Source: an uncultured virus (IMG/VR IMGVR_UViG_3300024317_000003)
Taxonomy: Duplodnaviria; Heunggongvirae; Uroviricota; Caudoviricetes
Virus record (IMG/VR): IMGVR_UViG_3300024317_000003
Reading direction: 5' to 3' (one strand)
Length of the DNA: 20,000 nt
The notes under the pieces are model-generated. The model worked only from the letters and a program-made list of their open reading frames with translations, ran no database searches and was not told where the DNA came from. Positions 1 through 8,091 of this stretch are shown piece by piece. A program made the position numbers and the translations under genes. Each line of letters opens with the position of its first letter. Positions within the stretch are counted from its first letter, which is position 1.

Positions 1-157
1 CCTGCGCGAGCCAGTTGTTTTGACGGTCTTCAGCTTGTGAGGCGCGCGCTAGGTTGGCTTCCTCGACACCGCGATTGAACGTCTCCCACTGTAAGCGTTG
101 GTTCGCTAACGAATCAAAACCGGATCCGATTAGTGGTACGAAGTCAGCGACAGCCAT
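1..157 (-). CDS. 5' part of a probable virion/ejection protein, runs off the window (MAVADFVPLIGSGFDSLANQRLQWETFNRGVEEANLARASQAEDRQNNWLAQ...)
   Basis: ATG at 157-155, 2 nt after the stop of the 511 aa gene; open to position 1; Gln/Ala/Asn-rich helical composition. Translated by hand. Confidence 0.55.
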   Translation of the reverse strand, partial: MAVADFVPLIGSGFDSLANQRLQWETFNRGVEEANLARASQAEDRQNNWLAQ

Positions 158-159
158 AA

Positions 160-1695
160 TCAGCCAAGCGTTTCTTGCGGCACGTTCGCGTCCCCAATGT
201 AGCCGCCCGGCGTGTAGCTCGTGCCCTGGTATGGAGCGGGACGGCTGTTGATCCAGTCGGCGTAGTCCAGCGGAACGCCGCCAGCGCCGGAAGCTCCAGC
301 CGCGTAACCCGAGTAACTGGCAGGTTGATAACCGGGATACTGCGGCACGCCATACGCGTTAAGCCCGTAAGCTCCAGGGGGTGGCGGCCCTTGCGTCCCA
401 GTCCCAATCGAAGGGTAAACAGGCGTACCGGCAGCCGTGACCGGCTGCACTTGGATCGGAGCGGCGCCACCGCCGCCAGTGGGCAATGTGCCTGTTCCGC
501 CCGTGGCCGGGAAGCGTGGGTAACGGTTTGGTACGCCCGGATATTCCGGCCCGCCATAGGAAAAGCCCGTCGGTTGACTCGGATAAACACCGAGCACGTC
601 CTGCAGACCTTGATAGTGCGCCAGCGATTCGATATTCGAGAGCTGGCCCAACTGCCCAATCTGTCCGGACAAAATCTGTTGCTGCACAGCGGCAGGCACG
701 CCGAGCGACGTCATCCATTGCGTAGCGTTTTGCCAGCTCATTCCGGCTGCCGCATTCTTGAGCTGCTGCACGAGCTGCTCTGTTCCCTGGCCGGATTGGA
801 AAATCGCCGCAACTTGCGCCGGATTGAATTGTCCGATCCGAACAGTCTCGCGATTGGCGATGTCGCGCTGCACTGGAAGCGAGAGGTTCTGCAACAAATC
901 GTACTGCCGCGCGATCTTCTGTTCCTGCAACGGCAGGTTCACATCCGCAACCGCCCGAGCGAGGATCGCCGAATCAGCACCACCGAGGCTCGTTGGGGTT
1001 CCAGACCCCATTTTATAACGAGCATTTTGGGCCATAAGCGCGGCCAACTGTCGATCTCCGATTGCTTGAGCGGCCAAGTCGTACTGCGGCAGAGTTGCTT
1101 GTGCTTGCGATACAATTCCACGCTCCGCATCAGCATTTTGGGCGTTGAGCGTTGCGTAGTCTGCAGCGTTGCGCCCGAGTGAACCGGCGTAGCTGGACTG
1201 CAAGGTTCGGAGGTTGTTGATCGTCGGGGCAACGTCGGTCGCTGCGGCCGTTTTGCCAAAGGCTGTTTTGCTCGCATCTTTGAACGTGCTCAGGTACGAA
1301 CTGAAATCTTTCAATGCGCTCGAAGCGGAATCGGTAAAAGACTTCATCAGGTCCTGTTGACCCTGCGCAACATCGGGCTGCTTCGTGACTGAGACGGGCT
1401 TGTAACGCTGTGTCGGATCGTTCGGGTTAATGAACGTCTGCGTGCCGGGAACTTGCACGGTGCCGGGTGCGCCAGTCATCAACTTTCCGCCCTGATACAT
1501 CTGGCCGGTGCGGGGCTCTTTTCCACTCCAGGGTTTGCCGGTCAAGACGGAGACCACTGTGCCGTCTGGCATCTGCACGCCGTAGTCGGCGCGCGTGCTT
1601 GGAGAGGGGTAACGCGGACCGGTCGTCAACGGATTGCCGTTAACATCATAGCCTGAGCTGCCCACAAAATTGAGATTTGGATCGTAAACGGGCAT
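160..1695 (-). CDS. 511 aa Gln/Ala/Gly/Pro-rich protein, probable internal virion/DNA ejection (pilot-like) protein
   Basis: Long ORF with no Cys, an Ala/Gln-rich helical core and Pro/Gly/Tyr-rich ends, typical of ejection proteins. Function is inferred from composition only. Confidence 0.55.
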   Translation of the reverse strand: MPVYDPNLNFVGSSGYDVNGNPLTTGPRYPSPSTRADYGVQMPDGTVVSVLTGKPWSGKEPRTGQMYQGGKLMTGAPGTVQVPGTQTFINPNDPTQRYKPVSVTKQPDVAQGQQDLMKSFTDSASSALKDFSSYLSTFKDASKTAFGKTAAATDVAPTINNLRTLQSSYAGSLGRNAADYATLNAQNADAERGIVSQAQATLPQYDLAAQAIGDRQLAALMAQNARYKMGSGTPTSLGGADSAILARAVADVNLPLQEQKIARQYDLLQNLSLPVQRDIANRETVRIGQFNPAQVAAIFQSGQGTEQLVQQLKNAAAGMSWQNATQWMTSLGVPAAVQQQILSGQIGQLGQLSNIESLAHYQGLQDVLGVYPSQPTGFSYGGPEYPGVPNRYPRFPATGGTGTLPTGGGGAAPIQVQPVTAAGTPVYPSIGTGTQGPPPPGAYGLNAYGVPQYPGYQPASYSGYAAGASGAGGVPLDYADWINSRPAPYQGTSYTPGGYIGDANVPQETLG

Positions 1696-1699
1696 GGGA

Positions 1700-1891
1700 T
1701 CAGGTTTGGCCGCCGCGCAAGGCGATATTTGTCTTCACTCTCCACTGCTCGACTTCTTCCTCGTGCTTCACCATCGATGGGAACCGACGTTTTACGTCTT
1801 CAGGGTAAGGCGGGAATTTCTGGATCACTTGAGGCTGCGCGGATCCTTCCTGCAGTCGAGCGAATCGGTTCTTGTCTTCAGGCGATGCCAC
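1700..1891 (-). CDS. hypothetical protein, 63 aa
   Basis: GTG start; ends 4 nt before the 511 aa gene; protein-like composition. Confidence 0.6.
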   Translation of the reverse strand: MASPEDKNRFARLQEGSAQPQVIQKFPPYPEDVKRRFPSMVKHEEEVEQWRVKTNIALRGGQT

Positions 1892-1970
1892 GTGTTTAGA
1901 GAAGGCAGCCGGGAAGATGCCTTATGTGCAGGTTCTAAACCTACAACACAGGGCGCGCAAGGTTTAATTT

Positions 1971-2198
1971 TTAGCCCTTGCCGACTTCGCCCAATGGCAG
2001 GGATGGTTGATAATGCGACGGGCTCGCCGCCCAGCGGTGTTTCTGATGCTTTTTCTTCCAGTGGATTAAGGCGAACTGAACAAATGCATCGGTTCTAAAT
2101 TTTTTGGGCACGTTTAGCGTCCAGCGATCGCCGCACGTGTCGCAAGACAACACAACAGGAGTTGTTGTGCGGGTCAATTTCTCACTGCCTCTCGACAT
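1971..2198 (-). CDS. small hypothetical protein with CxxC (CDTC) and a His-rich tail
   Basis: 3' part of the 1971..2408 ORF. Start is ATG 2198 or TTG 2177, the latter overlapping the upstream stop. Confidence 0.45.
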   Translation of the reverse strand: MSRGSEKLTRTTTPVVLSCDTCGDRWTLNVPKKFRTDAFVQFALIHWKKKHQKHRWAASPSHYQPSLPLGEVGKG

Positions 2199-2725
2199 CC
2201 GAACGTCTCGATTTTTGGCAGGACTTGATTGAACGCTGCCTTTGCGTCTTTGGCATACACGATTCCGAGTGTCGACATTTTCAGCAGAAACCACAGGTCG
2301 CGATCGAAGTCCTTTTGAGCACCGAGAGAATGGCTTACACCGATCGAAATAAGTTTCCCCAATCCAAACGCCATCCCAACCTCTGCAATCGTGCCGTAGC
2401 AATCGCAAGAGTCGATCCAGGCGAACACAACATCGGCGTGATGGATATTGCTAATGCAGTTGTGGAAAGCTACAGCTCGGCCCGAGGGTATTTCGCCACC
2501 ACTACACCCCTCGTGCATCCCGTGATGCCCGGACACATGAGAACAGGAATGATCGCAACGGATAAAGAACGGCCCGACGTAGTTGTGGACGCCGTTGATC
2601 GCACTCTTGATAAACCCCTGACAAAGGCTCTCGTTGTCATAGCACTTAAAGCCGTCAACCAGTGTATGCCGCCAGCAGTTGGCTGTAATCTTTCCAGCAA
2701 AATAAGAGTTGATCGGATCTTTCAT
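2174..2725 (-). CDS. nucleoside 2-deoxyribosyltransferase / N-glycosidase-like protein (NDT superfamily)
   Basis: YFAGKI N-terminal strand, ADVVFAWID, and GTIAEVGMAFGLGK matching the GTxxExGxAxxxGK catalytic-Glu motif. Confidence 0.75.
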   Translation of the reverse strand: MKDPINSYFAGKITANCWRHTLVDGFKCYDNESLCQGFIKSAINGVHNYVGPFFIRCDHSCSHVSGHHGMHEGCSGGEIPSGRAVAFHNCISNIHHADVVFAWIDSCDCYGTIAEVGMAFGLGKLISIGVSHSLGAQKDFDRDLWFLLKMSTLGIVYAKDAKAAFNQVLPKIETFGCREAVRN

Positions 2726-2743
2726 GTGTCTCTGTATGGCATG

Positions 2744-2932
2744 TTAGCTTGCTATGAGTTTCTTTTCTTTCAGCCACTTTTGCCAAGCTCGTGTTTCTTC
2801 CATTACAATCCTCTCTAGTGGAACACCGTTGCGAGCCAGTGTGTCCGCGATCAGCTTCCAGACTTCTTTCCACTCTTTCCGCGCAGCTTCCATCTGCTCT
2901 TGCCTATGGTCGATAAAACCTTTAGCCGACAT
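2744..2932 (-). CDS. hypothetical protein, 62 aa (MSAKGFIDHRQEQMEAARKEWKEVW...)
   Basis: ATG 2932 overlaps the end of dnaB; amphipathic helical sequence. Confidence 0.6.
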   Translation of the reverse strand: MSAKGFIDHRQEQMEAARKEWKEVWKLIADTLARNGVPLERIVMEETRAWQKWLKEKKLIAS

Positions 2933-4334
2933 AGGGCGTTCGCGCGACGTCGGGAAACTCTGGTTCATCATCCGACCTTGAAGCTGATCCGAATCGGAAT
3001 TGTTGCGGGAAAAACACGAGATCAAGCTCGCCGGTTGGGCCGTCTTTGTTCTTGGCAAAATTCAATCGGACTGTGCGCTGCCTCTCATTGCTGAAGTCGT
3101 CACGAAACTGCGGATCGTAAAGCAGCCATGCTTTGTCCGCGTCATACTCGATTTGTCCCGAGGCTCGAAGATCAGATAGACGTGGAGCGCGCGGCTGTTT
3201 CTGTCCGCGCTCTGACTCCCTGTTGAGCGAGGAAATCAAAATCAAAGGCGCGTCAATCGATTTGCAAAGGTTTTTCGCGAACCGGCTGCCAGCGGTGATC
3301 TTTTCGTACTCAGACCTTCCGGGGCATTGCATGAGCTGAAGATAATCGATGATGAACAGTCGCGCGCCGCGTTGGTGCATCCTTCGGACAATGGCACCCA
3401 ACTCCGCGAGTGTGATGTCGCCGCGCTCACTCACCAGCAATTTGTCTGACAACGCATTGATCCGGCTGAACGCGGTCGTGACTTTCTGGATCTCTTCGCG
3501 AGTGGCATGCCCACGCATCAAGGCACCTCCTGATACTTCGGCCGAAAAACAGGAAATGCGGTGCATGAGTTTTTTGCCGGATGTTTCCAGCGAAATAATG
3601 CCGACGCAGATCCCGCTCTTAGCCACGTTGAGCGCGATGTTGAGCGCGAGGCTCGTCTTGCCGGTGCTGCGCAGGCCAGCAACAATTATCAGCTCCTGAG
3701 CCATAAGCCCGCCATTGAGCCGGTCAATGTCGGGGTATCCGGTTTGAATTCCGCTTGGCGTGTTGCGCTGGATCGCCTCTTCGTAATCGGCCTGCAGTTG
3801 CTGGATTGTGTCTTTGACGTCGACAAACGCAGACGCTGATTCCGTTGAGGCGCGGACGCCCATGACGTCCTGTTCGAATTTCGAGAGAAAATCCTCGGCT
3901 TGACCGTTAACTTTGTAAGCCCCGGTTGTGGTCTCTATGCAGAGCACAATCACGCGACGCAACAAAAACTTATTCAACACCAGATTGATGTAATCCGAAA
4001 GGTTCTGAGTTGAGGGTACATTGTTAGCAAGCTGCACGATATAGGACATGCCGCCACACTCATCCAGTTTTTCCCATAACTTGAGGCGTTCGCAAAGTGT
4101 CACGGTGTCGATCGCGCTGCCGTCGTCAAATAATTCCAGCATGGTTTCGAAAATCTGCCGGTGTGGAAGATGGTAGAACGCCATCGGGCCCGGCTTCAAA
4201 GCGACGATAGTGTCAGCCAAGCAGCGTTCCGGCTCGGTGAGGATGCAACCCAAAATACCCGCCTCTGCGTCCATCGCGTGCGGTGGAAGCTTATCCGGTA
4301 ATTGGTCTGGATTGTTTCGCGTGTTGGGCTTCAT
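2922..4334 (-). CDS. dnaB: replicative DNA helicase DnaB (phage-encoded)
   Basis: N-terminal LPPHAMDAEAGILG...FYHLPHRQIF; Walker A GLRSTGKTS; SLE; IIDYLQL; PRLSDLRASGQIEYDAD; AKNKDGPTG. Confidence 0.95.
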   Translation of the reverse strand: MKPNTRNNPDQLPDKLPPHAMDAEAGILGCILTEPERCLADTIVALKPGPMAFYHLPHRQIFETMLELFDDGSAIDTVTLCERLKLWEKLDECGGMSYIVQLANNVPSTQNLSDYINLVLNKFLLRRVIVLCIETTTGAYKVNGQAEDFLSKFEQDVMGVRASTESASAFVDVKDTIQQLQADYEEAIQRNTPSGIQTGYPDIDRLNGGLMAQELIIVAGLRSTGKTSLALNIALNVAKSGICVGIISLETSGKKLMHRISCFSAEVSGGALMRGHATREEIQKVTTAFSRINALSDKLLVSERGDITLAELGAIVRRMHQRGARLFIIDYLQLMQCPGRSEYEKITAGSRFAKNLCKSIDAPLILISSLNRESERGQKQPRAPRLSDLRASGQIEYDADKAWLLYDPQFRDDFSNERQRTVRLNFAKNKDGPTGELDLVFFPQQFRFGSASRSDDEPEFPDVARTPYVG

Positions 4335-5256
4335 ATTCTTCGCAGTCTTTCAACCAACCCAGGTAAGCCACCCGGTAACCGTCAAAAGTATCGTCCATCG
4401 CGGCGCCCCGTGCGAAGTGTTCGCGCTTTGGGCCCCCGTCCGTTCGAGTGTAGTAGCGTTCCTTTCCGCCGACGTACTGAACCCTGAACCGTTTCGAGCC
4501 CGGCACGCCGAACTGTTCCTTTTCCGGAACTTGCTCGGTAGGTTGGTCGAGCCACCGTTTGTCCCTGAGCCAGTTTCCGGGATCGGGGATGTAGCCACCC
4601 AGCCATTGCTCGGAATGCCGTTGGGCGGATATAGCGTCGAGCATCTGCTGCAGGAGCGGTAGCCCTCTGACTTCTACAAACGCGTGCTCAGCATCCCCCC
4701 TTTTGACTTTCTTAGGGTAGGCTTGCCAGAACCTCTCAAACGCAGATACCCCATCTGTAATACTGGCGTTACGGTTGTCAGTTGCTTTCATCTGAATCCC
4801 CCCTTGACCCCCCTCAGGTACAGAAACAGGTACAGAAGCAGAAGCAGAAGCAGAGATCTCGGGTGTAACGCTTGTAACGTTACGTAACGCCCTGTAACGC
4901 TCACGGTGTTTTCGAACCCGTTCTCTGGTAGATGTTGTTTGTGGATCGTTACTTAAACGGTCGCGGAACAAGTGATAATTGAGAATGAGCCACCCGTCGT
5001 CCAAAAACTCGACACGTCGACCTTCATATTCAGGCGTTCTAGATCTTGGGTCGGGCATGCGAAGCTTCTGTAACGCGCGCTCGCACTGCTCGGTAGACAC
5101 GCGAGACTTCCCTGCCAGCCACCCAGCCGAGCCCCGAACAAACCCGTCGGGATCCGCCAGCGCGAGCAGTGTCACCCATACCTTGCATGTGTAGGGATCT
5201 TCATCCCAAATCGAGCTATCCACGATGTCGCTGAAAAGTTTTACGTAGCCTGCCAT
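4291..5256 (-). CDS. phage replication initiator (replisome organizer / lambda O-like architecture)
   Basis: N-terminal domain MAGYVKLFSDIVDSSIW; basic helix RERVRKHRER; SASASAS linker with DNA repeats; C-terminal FERFWQAYPKK...IPDPGNWL; lies directly upstream of dnaB. Confidence 0.85.
   Translation of the reverse strand: MAGYVKLFSDIVDSSIWDEDPYTCKVWVTLLALADPDGFVRGSAGWLAGKSRVSTEQCERALQKLRMPDPRSRTPEYEGRRVEFLDDGWLILNYHLFRDRLSNDPQTTSTRERVRKHRERYRALRNVTSVTPEISASASASVPVSVPEGGQGGIQMKATDNRNASITDGVSAFERFWQAYPKKVKRGDAEHAFVEVRGLPLLQQMLDAISAQRHSEQWLGGYIPDPGNWLRDKRWLDQPTEQVPEKEQFGVPGSKRFRVQYVGGKERYYTRTDGGPKREHFARGAAMDDTFDGYRVAYLGWLKDCEEYEAQHAKQSRPITG
4815..4899. repeat. putative origin iterons inside the initiator gene
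   Basis: GTAACG at 4865, 4874, 4884 and 4894 (9-10 bp spacing) plus inverted CGTTAC at 4878; CAGGTACAGAA x2 and CAGAAG x3 at 4815-4850. Confidence 0.6.
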
Positions 5257-5286
5257 ACAGAAAGAAGGGGGTTCTGCCGGGAGACA

Positions 5287-5386
5287 CCAACACCGCCGCC
5301 TGTCCGCTTGTGCTGACCGAAAACACAGAGGTGAGTTCTGTCACGAACAAGCGGCAGCGTTGGAATCTCAGTTTTCGCTTCAGCAC
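5287..5386 (-). promoter_or_regulatory. structured 5' leader of the initiator gene with competing pairings
   Basis: Inverted repeats CCGCTTGT 5304-5311 / ACAAGCGG 5347-5354, CCAAC 5287 / GTTGG 5359, and GTGCTGACCGAAAAC 5310-5324 / GTTTTCGCTTCAGCAC 5371-5386. Confidence 0.5.
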
Positions 5387-5438
5387 GCGCCGACTTTGAG
5401 CCGTAAACCGGGTCCAGGCAAGAACTTTTTCCAGGGAC

Positions 5439-5482
5439 TTATTCACAACTTATTCACCGCTGTGAATAACTCCTGTGAATAA
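5439..5482. promoter_or_regulatory. cluster of four DnaA-box-like 9-mers
   Basis: TTATTCACA 5439-5447, TTATTCACC 5450-5458, TGTGAATAA 5461-5469 and 5474-5482; consensus TTWTNCACA. Confidence 0.7.
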
Positions 5483-5503
5483 CTCGTACTTGTAAAATTT
5501 CCG

Positions 5504-5533
5504 TTGACTCTCCAGGCTTACATCCGCTAGCGT
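5504..5533 (+). promoter_or_regulatory. sigma70-like promoter, probably giving a near-leaderless mRNA for the XRE gene
   Basis: TTGACT-18 bp-TAGCGT; ATG at 5541 is 7 nt downstream with no SD. Confidence 0.5.
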
Positions 5534-5540
5534 CCGTCAC

Positions 5541-5825
5541 ATGCCAAAATCTAAATCTAAATCGAAGGCGAAAGCCAAAGTCAAAGCGAGCAACCACAAG
5601 CCCAGCAGCAACCTGCTGATCTCATCGGTGTGCGCGAGGTGCAAAGGGACCGGCAAGTTCATGCTGCCGGACCGGATCGCGATGCGCAGATTGCGCAAGT
5701 CAAAAGGTCTGTCTGTGCGGGCAATGGCCAAGCGGCTCAAGGTGTCGGCCCCGTTTGTGTCCGACGTCGAGCTGGGTCGGCGCGGCTGCCCGGCGCACGT
5801 GCTGCAGGCTTATCAGAAGTTATGA
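5541..5825 (+). CDS. XRE/Cro-family HTH regulator with a basic tail and a CxxCxGxG knuckle
   Basis: RRLRKSKGLSVRAMAKRLKVSAPFVSDVELGRR is a typical HTH_XRE; CARCKGTG precedes it. Confidence 0.85.
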   Translation: MPKSKSKSKAKAKVKASNHKPSSNLLISSVCARCKGTGKFMLPDRIAMRRLRKSKGLSVRAMAKRLKVSAPFVSDVELGRRGCPAHVLQAYQKL

Positions 5826-6292
5826 ACAAGACCAAGCCCAAGCGCAGAATGCCCAGGAAGCCGGGCCCAAAGACCGTCGCGCTGATTGATCGGATCATCG
5901 CAGAAATCCAGAAGGAACGGTTGCGTTTCGACATGGCCAGTTGGACATATGCCAACGATCGCTTAGCGCCGTGCCAAACAACTGCGTGCATCGCGGGCTA
6001 CGCTGTAGTGCTTACCAGCACGCCACCAAAGGAAAGCTGGCGGGATCGCGTTATTAAATCGACGCAGGCGGTACGCGACGAGAAAAGCGGTTTTATTGCC
6101 GAAGGCCAAAAGGCTCTTGGCATCAGTAGGAAAGCAGCTCAGCTCCTGTTCTTTGCGGGCTCCTGGCCGCGGCGTTTCCTTGAGGCATATAACAGGGCAT
6201 CCCGCGAGCAGCTCAAGTCAGCGGACACCCGCGTGCAACGGGCTGACGTGGCCATTGCGCGTCTGCGCTATTTCGCGAGGACCGGCCGATGA
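5822..6292 (+). CDS. phage hypothetical protein (FDMASW...CQTTACIAG motif)
   Basis: ATGA overlap with the XRE stop; CxTxACxAG motif that I recall from uncharacterised phage proteins. Confidence 0.7.
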   Translation: MNKTKPKRRMPRKPGPKTVALIDRIIAEIQKERLRFDMASWTYANDRLAPCQTTACIAGYAVVLTSTPPKESWRDRVIKSTQAVRDEKSGFIAEGQKALGISRKAAQLLFFAGSWPRRFLEAYNRASREQLKSADTRVQRADVAIARLRYFARTGR

Positions 6293-6828
6293 TCCAGTTC
6301 GTCGTCACTATCGAGGAAGATCAAGGCGATCGGATTCGATTGCGTTGCGACACCCCAGGATCCCGGGCCACACTAAAGGAGCAAGCTGTTGGCATGGAAT
6401 TCAAGCAGGCGGTCAAAGACTTCACGCTCAGCGGCGTTAAAACGCAGATTGTTACCGACTGGCAGACCCCAAACGACATGCAGGCAGATCAGATGCCCCA
6501 GTCCATCGAGCGTAACGTCTACTGGCTGGCGCCCACGGCCATAGCCCTCACGCTCATAGCAATCCTGATGACGCGACCGCCACGACCCAACAACGCGCTT
6601 ACCAGACAGCCTACCAACGCGCTTTCGGCCGCATGGAACCAGGGTTTTGACGCAGGCGAGCACGCGATAATGTTTGTTGCCAGATACGCATTAACGAACG
6701 AAGTGCACGGGGACGCGGCATTCAACCTCGCTCTGAGCAACGTCGTTCGCTGGCGTTTGTTCAATCCGTACCTATCGAATGGGGCAGCAATCAACCCCCA
6801 AACCCCGCACAACAACCACCAAGATTGA
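6289..6828 (+). CDS. hypothetical protein with one central TM segment
   Basis: ATGA overlap; hydrophobic stretch YWLAPTAIALTLIAILM. Confidence 0.6.
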   Translation: MIQFVVTIEEDQGDRIRLRCDTPGSRATLKEQAVGMEFKQAVKDFTLSGVKTQIVTDWQTPNDMQADQMPQSIERNVYWLAPTAIALTLIAILMTRPPRPNNALTRQPTNALSAAWNQGFDAGEHAIMFVARYALTNEVHGDAAFNLALSNVVRWRLFNPYLSNGAAINPQTPHNNHQD

Positions 6829-6837
6829 ATGTAGCCT

Positions 6838-7032
6838 ATGACTGAAGAACATCGTCAGTACGAATTGCACAAGAAATTTCACGGTGAACTGGCCGCCGTC
6901 ATGCGAAAGTACCTCGATCAACGCTTAGCCCGGCCGCTGCTATTGGGTGCGCTGGAAGACGTGAAGCTCGTTGCATTCGAATCGTACATCGAACCCATCC
7001 GGAAGGAGGAACGTGAAAATCCTAACACTTGA
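6838..7032 (+). CDS. hypothetical protein, 64 aa
   Basis: ATG start, operon spacing, helical composition. Confidence 0.6.
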   Translation: MTEEHRQYELHKKFHGELAAVMRKYLDQRLARPLLLGALEDVKLVAFESYIEPIRKEERENPNT

Positions 7033-7077
7033 AGAGCCCAAACGCGCCGAGGTGGCGCGCGAGCAGGAAAGGAATTT

Positions 7078-7305
7078 ATGAAAGAGCGAATCATCCCAGG
7101 TCTACCCTACCGCGTGATCATCGGCGAGGGCGAACGCTGCGGCCTGCCCATCTCCGCGCCAGTCGGCGACTTAACGAGACCCCAGGTGATGCCCGGCGCG
7201 CTGCGCTGGCGCAAGCATCCAGAGGGCTATTTCTCCCTCGAACAATACGGCCGCCTCGGCTGTTGCGGCTTCGGCTGGTACGAGGTGCCCTGCGTGCAGA
7301 TATGA
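7078..7305 (+). CDS. hypothetical protein, 75 aa
   Basis: AAGGA RBS before the ATG; ATGA overlap with the next gene. Confidence 0.65.
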   Translation: MKERIIPGLPYRVIIGEGERCGLPISAPVGDLTRPQVMPGALRWRKHPEGYFSLEQYGRLGCCGFGWYEVPCVQI

Positions 7306-7514
7306 GCAGGTTAAGCCAACTGCGGCGAATGAACCCCGATTTCGACAAAGCGATCGCCCGCGGCGAATCGTGGGCCCTGAAGCGCGCCTTTCAGATTGAG
7401 GAAATCGACCGGCCGACCCGCCTCAATCCCGAACGCGAGTTTGACGGCCAGCCGCACCATCACTGCGAAGACTGCCCGTTTCCAGAAGGCTGTGTTGTCT
7501 GCGACCTGCAATGA
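7302..7514 (+). CDS. small protein with a C-terminal Cys cluster (HHHCEDCPFPEGCVVCD)
   Basis: Internal ATG 7302 with ATGA overlaps at both ends. Confidence 0.6.
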   Translation: MSRLSQLRRMNPDFDKAIARGESWALKRAFQIEEIDRPTRLNPEREFDGQPHHHCEDCPFPEGCVVCDLQ

Positions 7515-7735
7515 ACAAGCCACCAAAGGAATGCTCAGTCGAGCAGACGTCGAGGCAGGTGATCGAAAACGTGCTACTGGCCCGGCTGCAGGACGGCAAC
7601 ACCGTGGCTATCCTATTGAATGAGGATGACTTGGTTCTGCTGATCGCCGCGCTGCGCAATTACGATGCTCCAAAGGCCGCGGAAATGGCCCGGGACTTCT
7701 CGAAGCTGCTTGCGTCTGGATTCCCGCGAAAATGA
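7511..7735 (+). CDS. hypothetical protein, 74 aa
   Basis: ATGA overlap with the previous gene. Confidence 0.6.
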   Translation: MNKPPKECSVEQTSRQVIENVLLARLQDGNTVAILLNEDDLVLLIAALRNYDAPKAAEMARDFSKLLASGFPRK

Positions 7736-7747
7736 GCGAGCCCACCG

Positions 7748-7897
7748 ATGACACCCGCTGAACTTCAAACCGAGTGGGATTACCGCTTTACCGAGCGGCT
7801 CGGCATCATGGCAGAAGACCAAGAACCTACCGGCGAACAAATCATAATCGCGATGGCCGAAGCAGACGCGGCTATCGACATCCTCACCACAAAATGA
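7748..7897 (+). CDS. hypothetical protein, 49 aa (MTPAELQTEWDYRFTERLGIMAEDQEPTGEQIIIAMAEADAAIDILTTK)
   Basis: Translated by hand, below the ORF-track cutoff; ATGA overlap with the next gene. Confidence 0.6.
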   Translation: MTPAELQTEWDYRFTERLGIMAEDQEPTGEQIIIAMAEADAAIDILTTK

Positions 7898-8091
7898 ATG
7901 CGCTCAAACCGTTGGCTCCGCCTGACGAAATCGCCATGCTCGCCCTCTACGTCGAGGGCTTTGCCCAAGGCACCGGCGACGATCGCCTCAAGAAAGCCGC
8001 CAAGTGGCTTGAGAGGCTATCCGAAAACATCTGCGCCCAGGGCTACATCGGTTGCAAAAGCGGTCGACACTGCATCTCAGACCACAAATGA
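7894..8091 (+). CDS. hypothetical protein, 65 aa, C-terminal Cys/His motif (C..GYIGC..G..C.SDHK)
   Basis: ATGA overlaps at both ends. Confidence 0.6.
   Translation: MNALKPLAPPDEIAMLALYVEGFAQGTGDDRLKKAAKWLERLSENICAQGYIGCKSGRHCISDHK

Noticed and set aside
175..2818. Long + strand ORFs 175..1182 and 2162..2818
   Set aside because: Antisense shadows of better-supported minus-strand genes.
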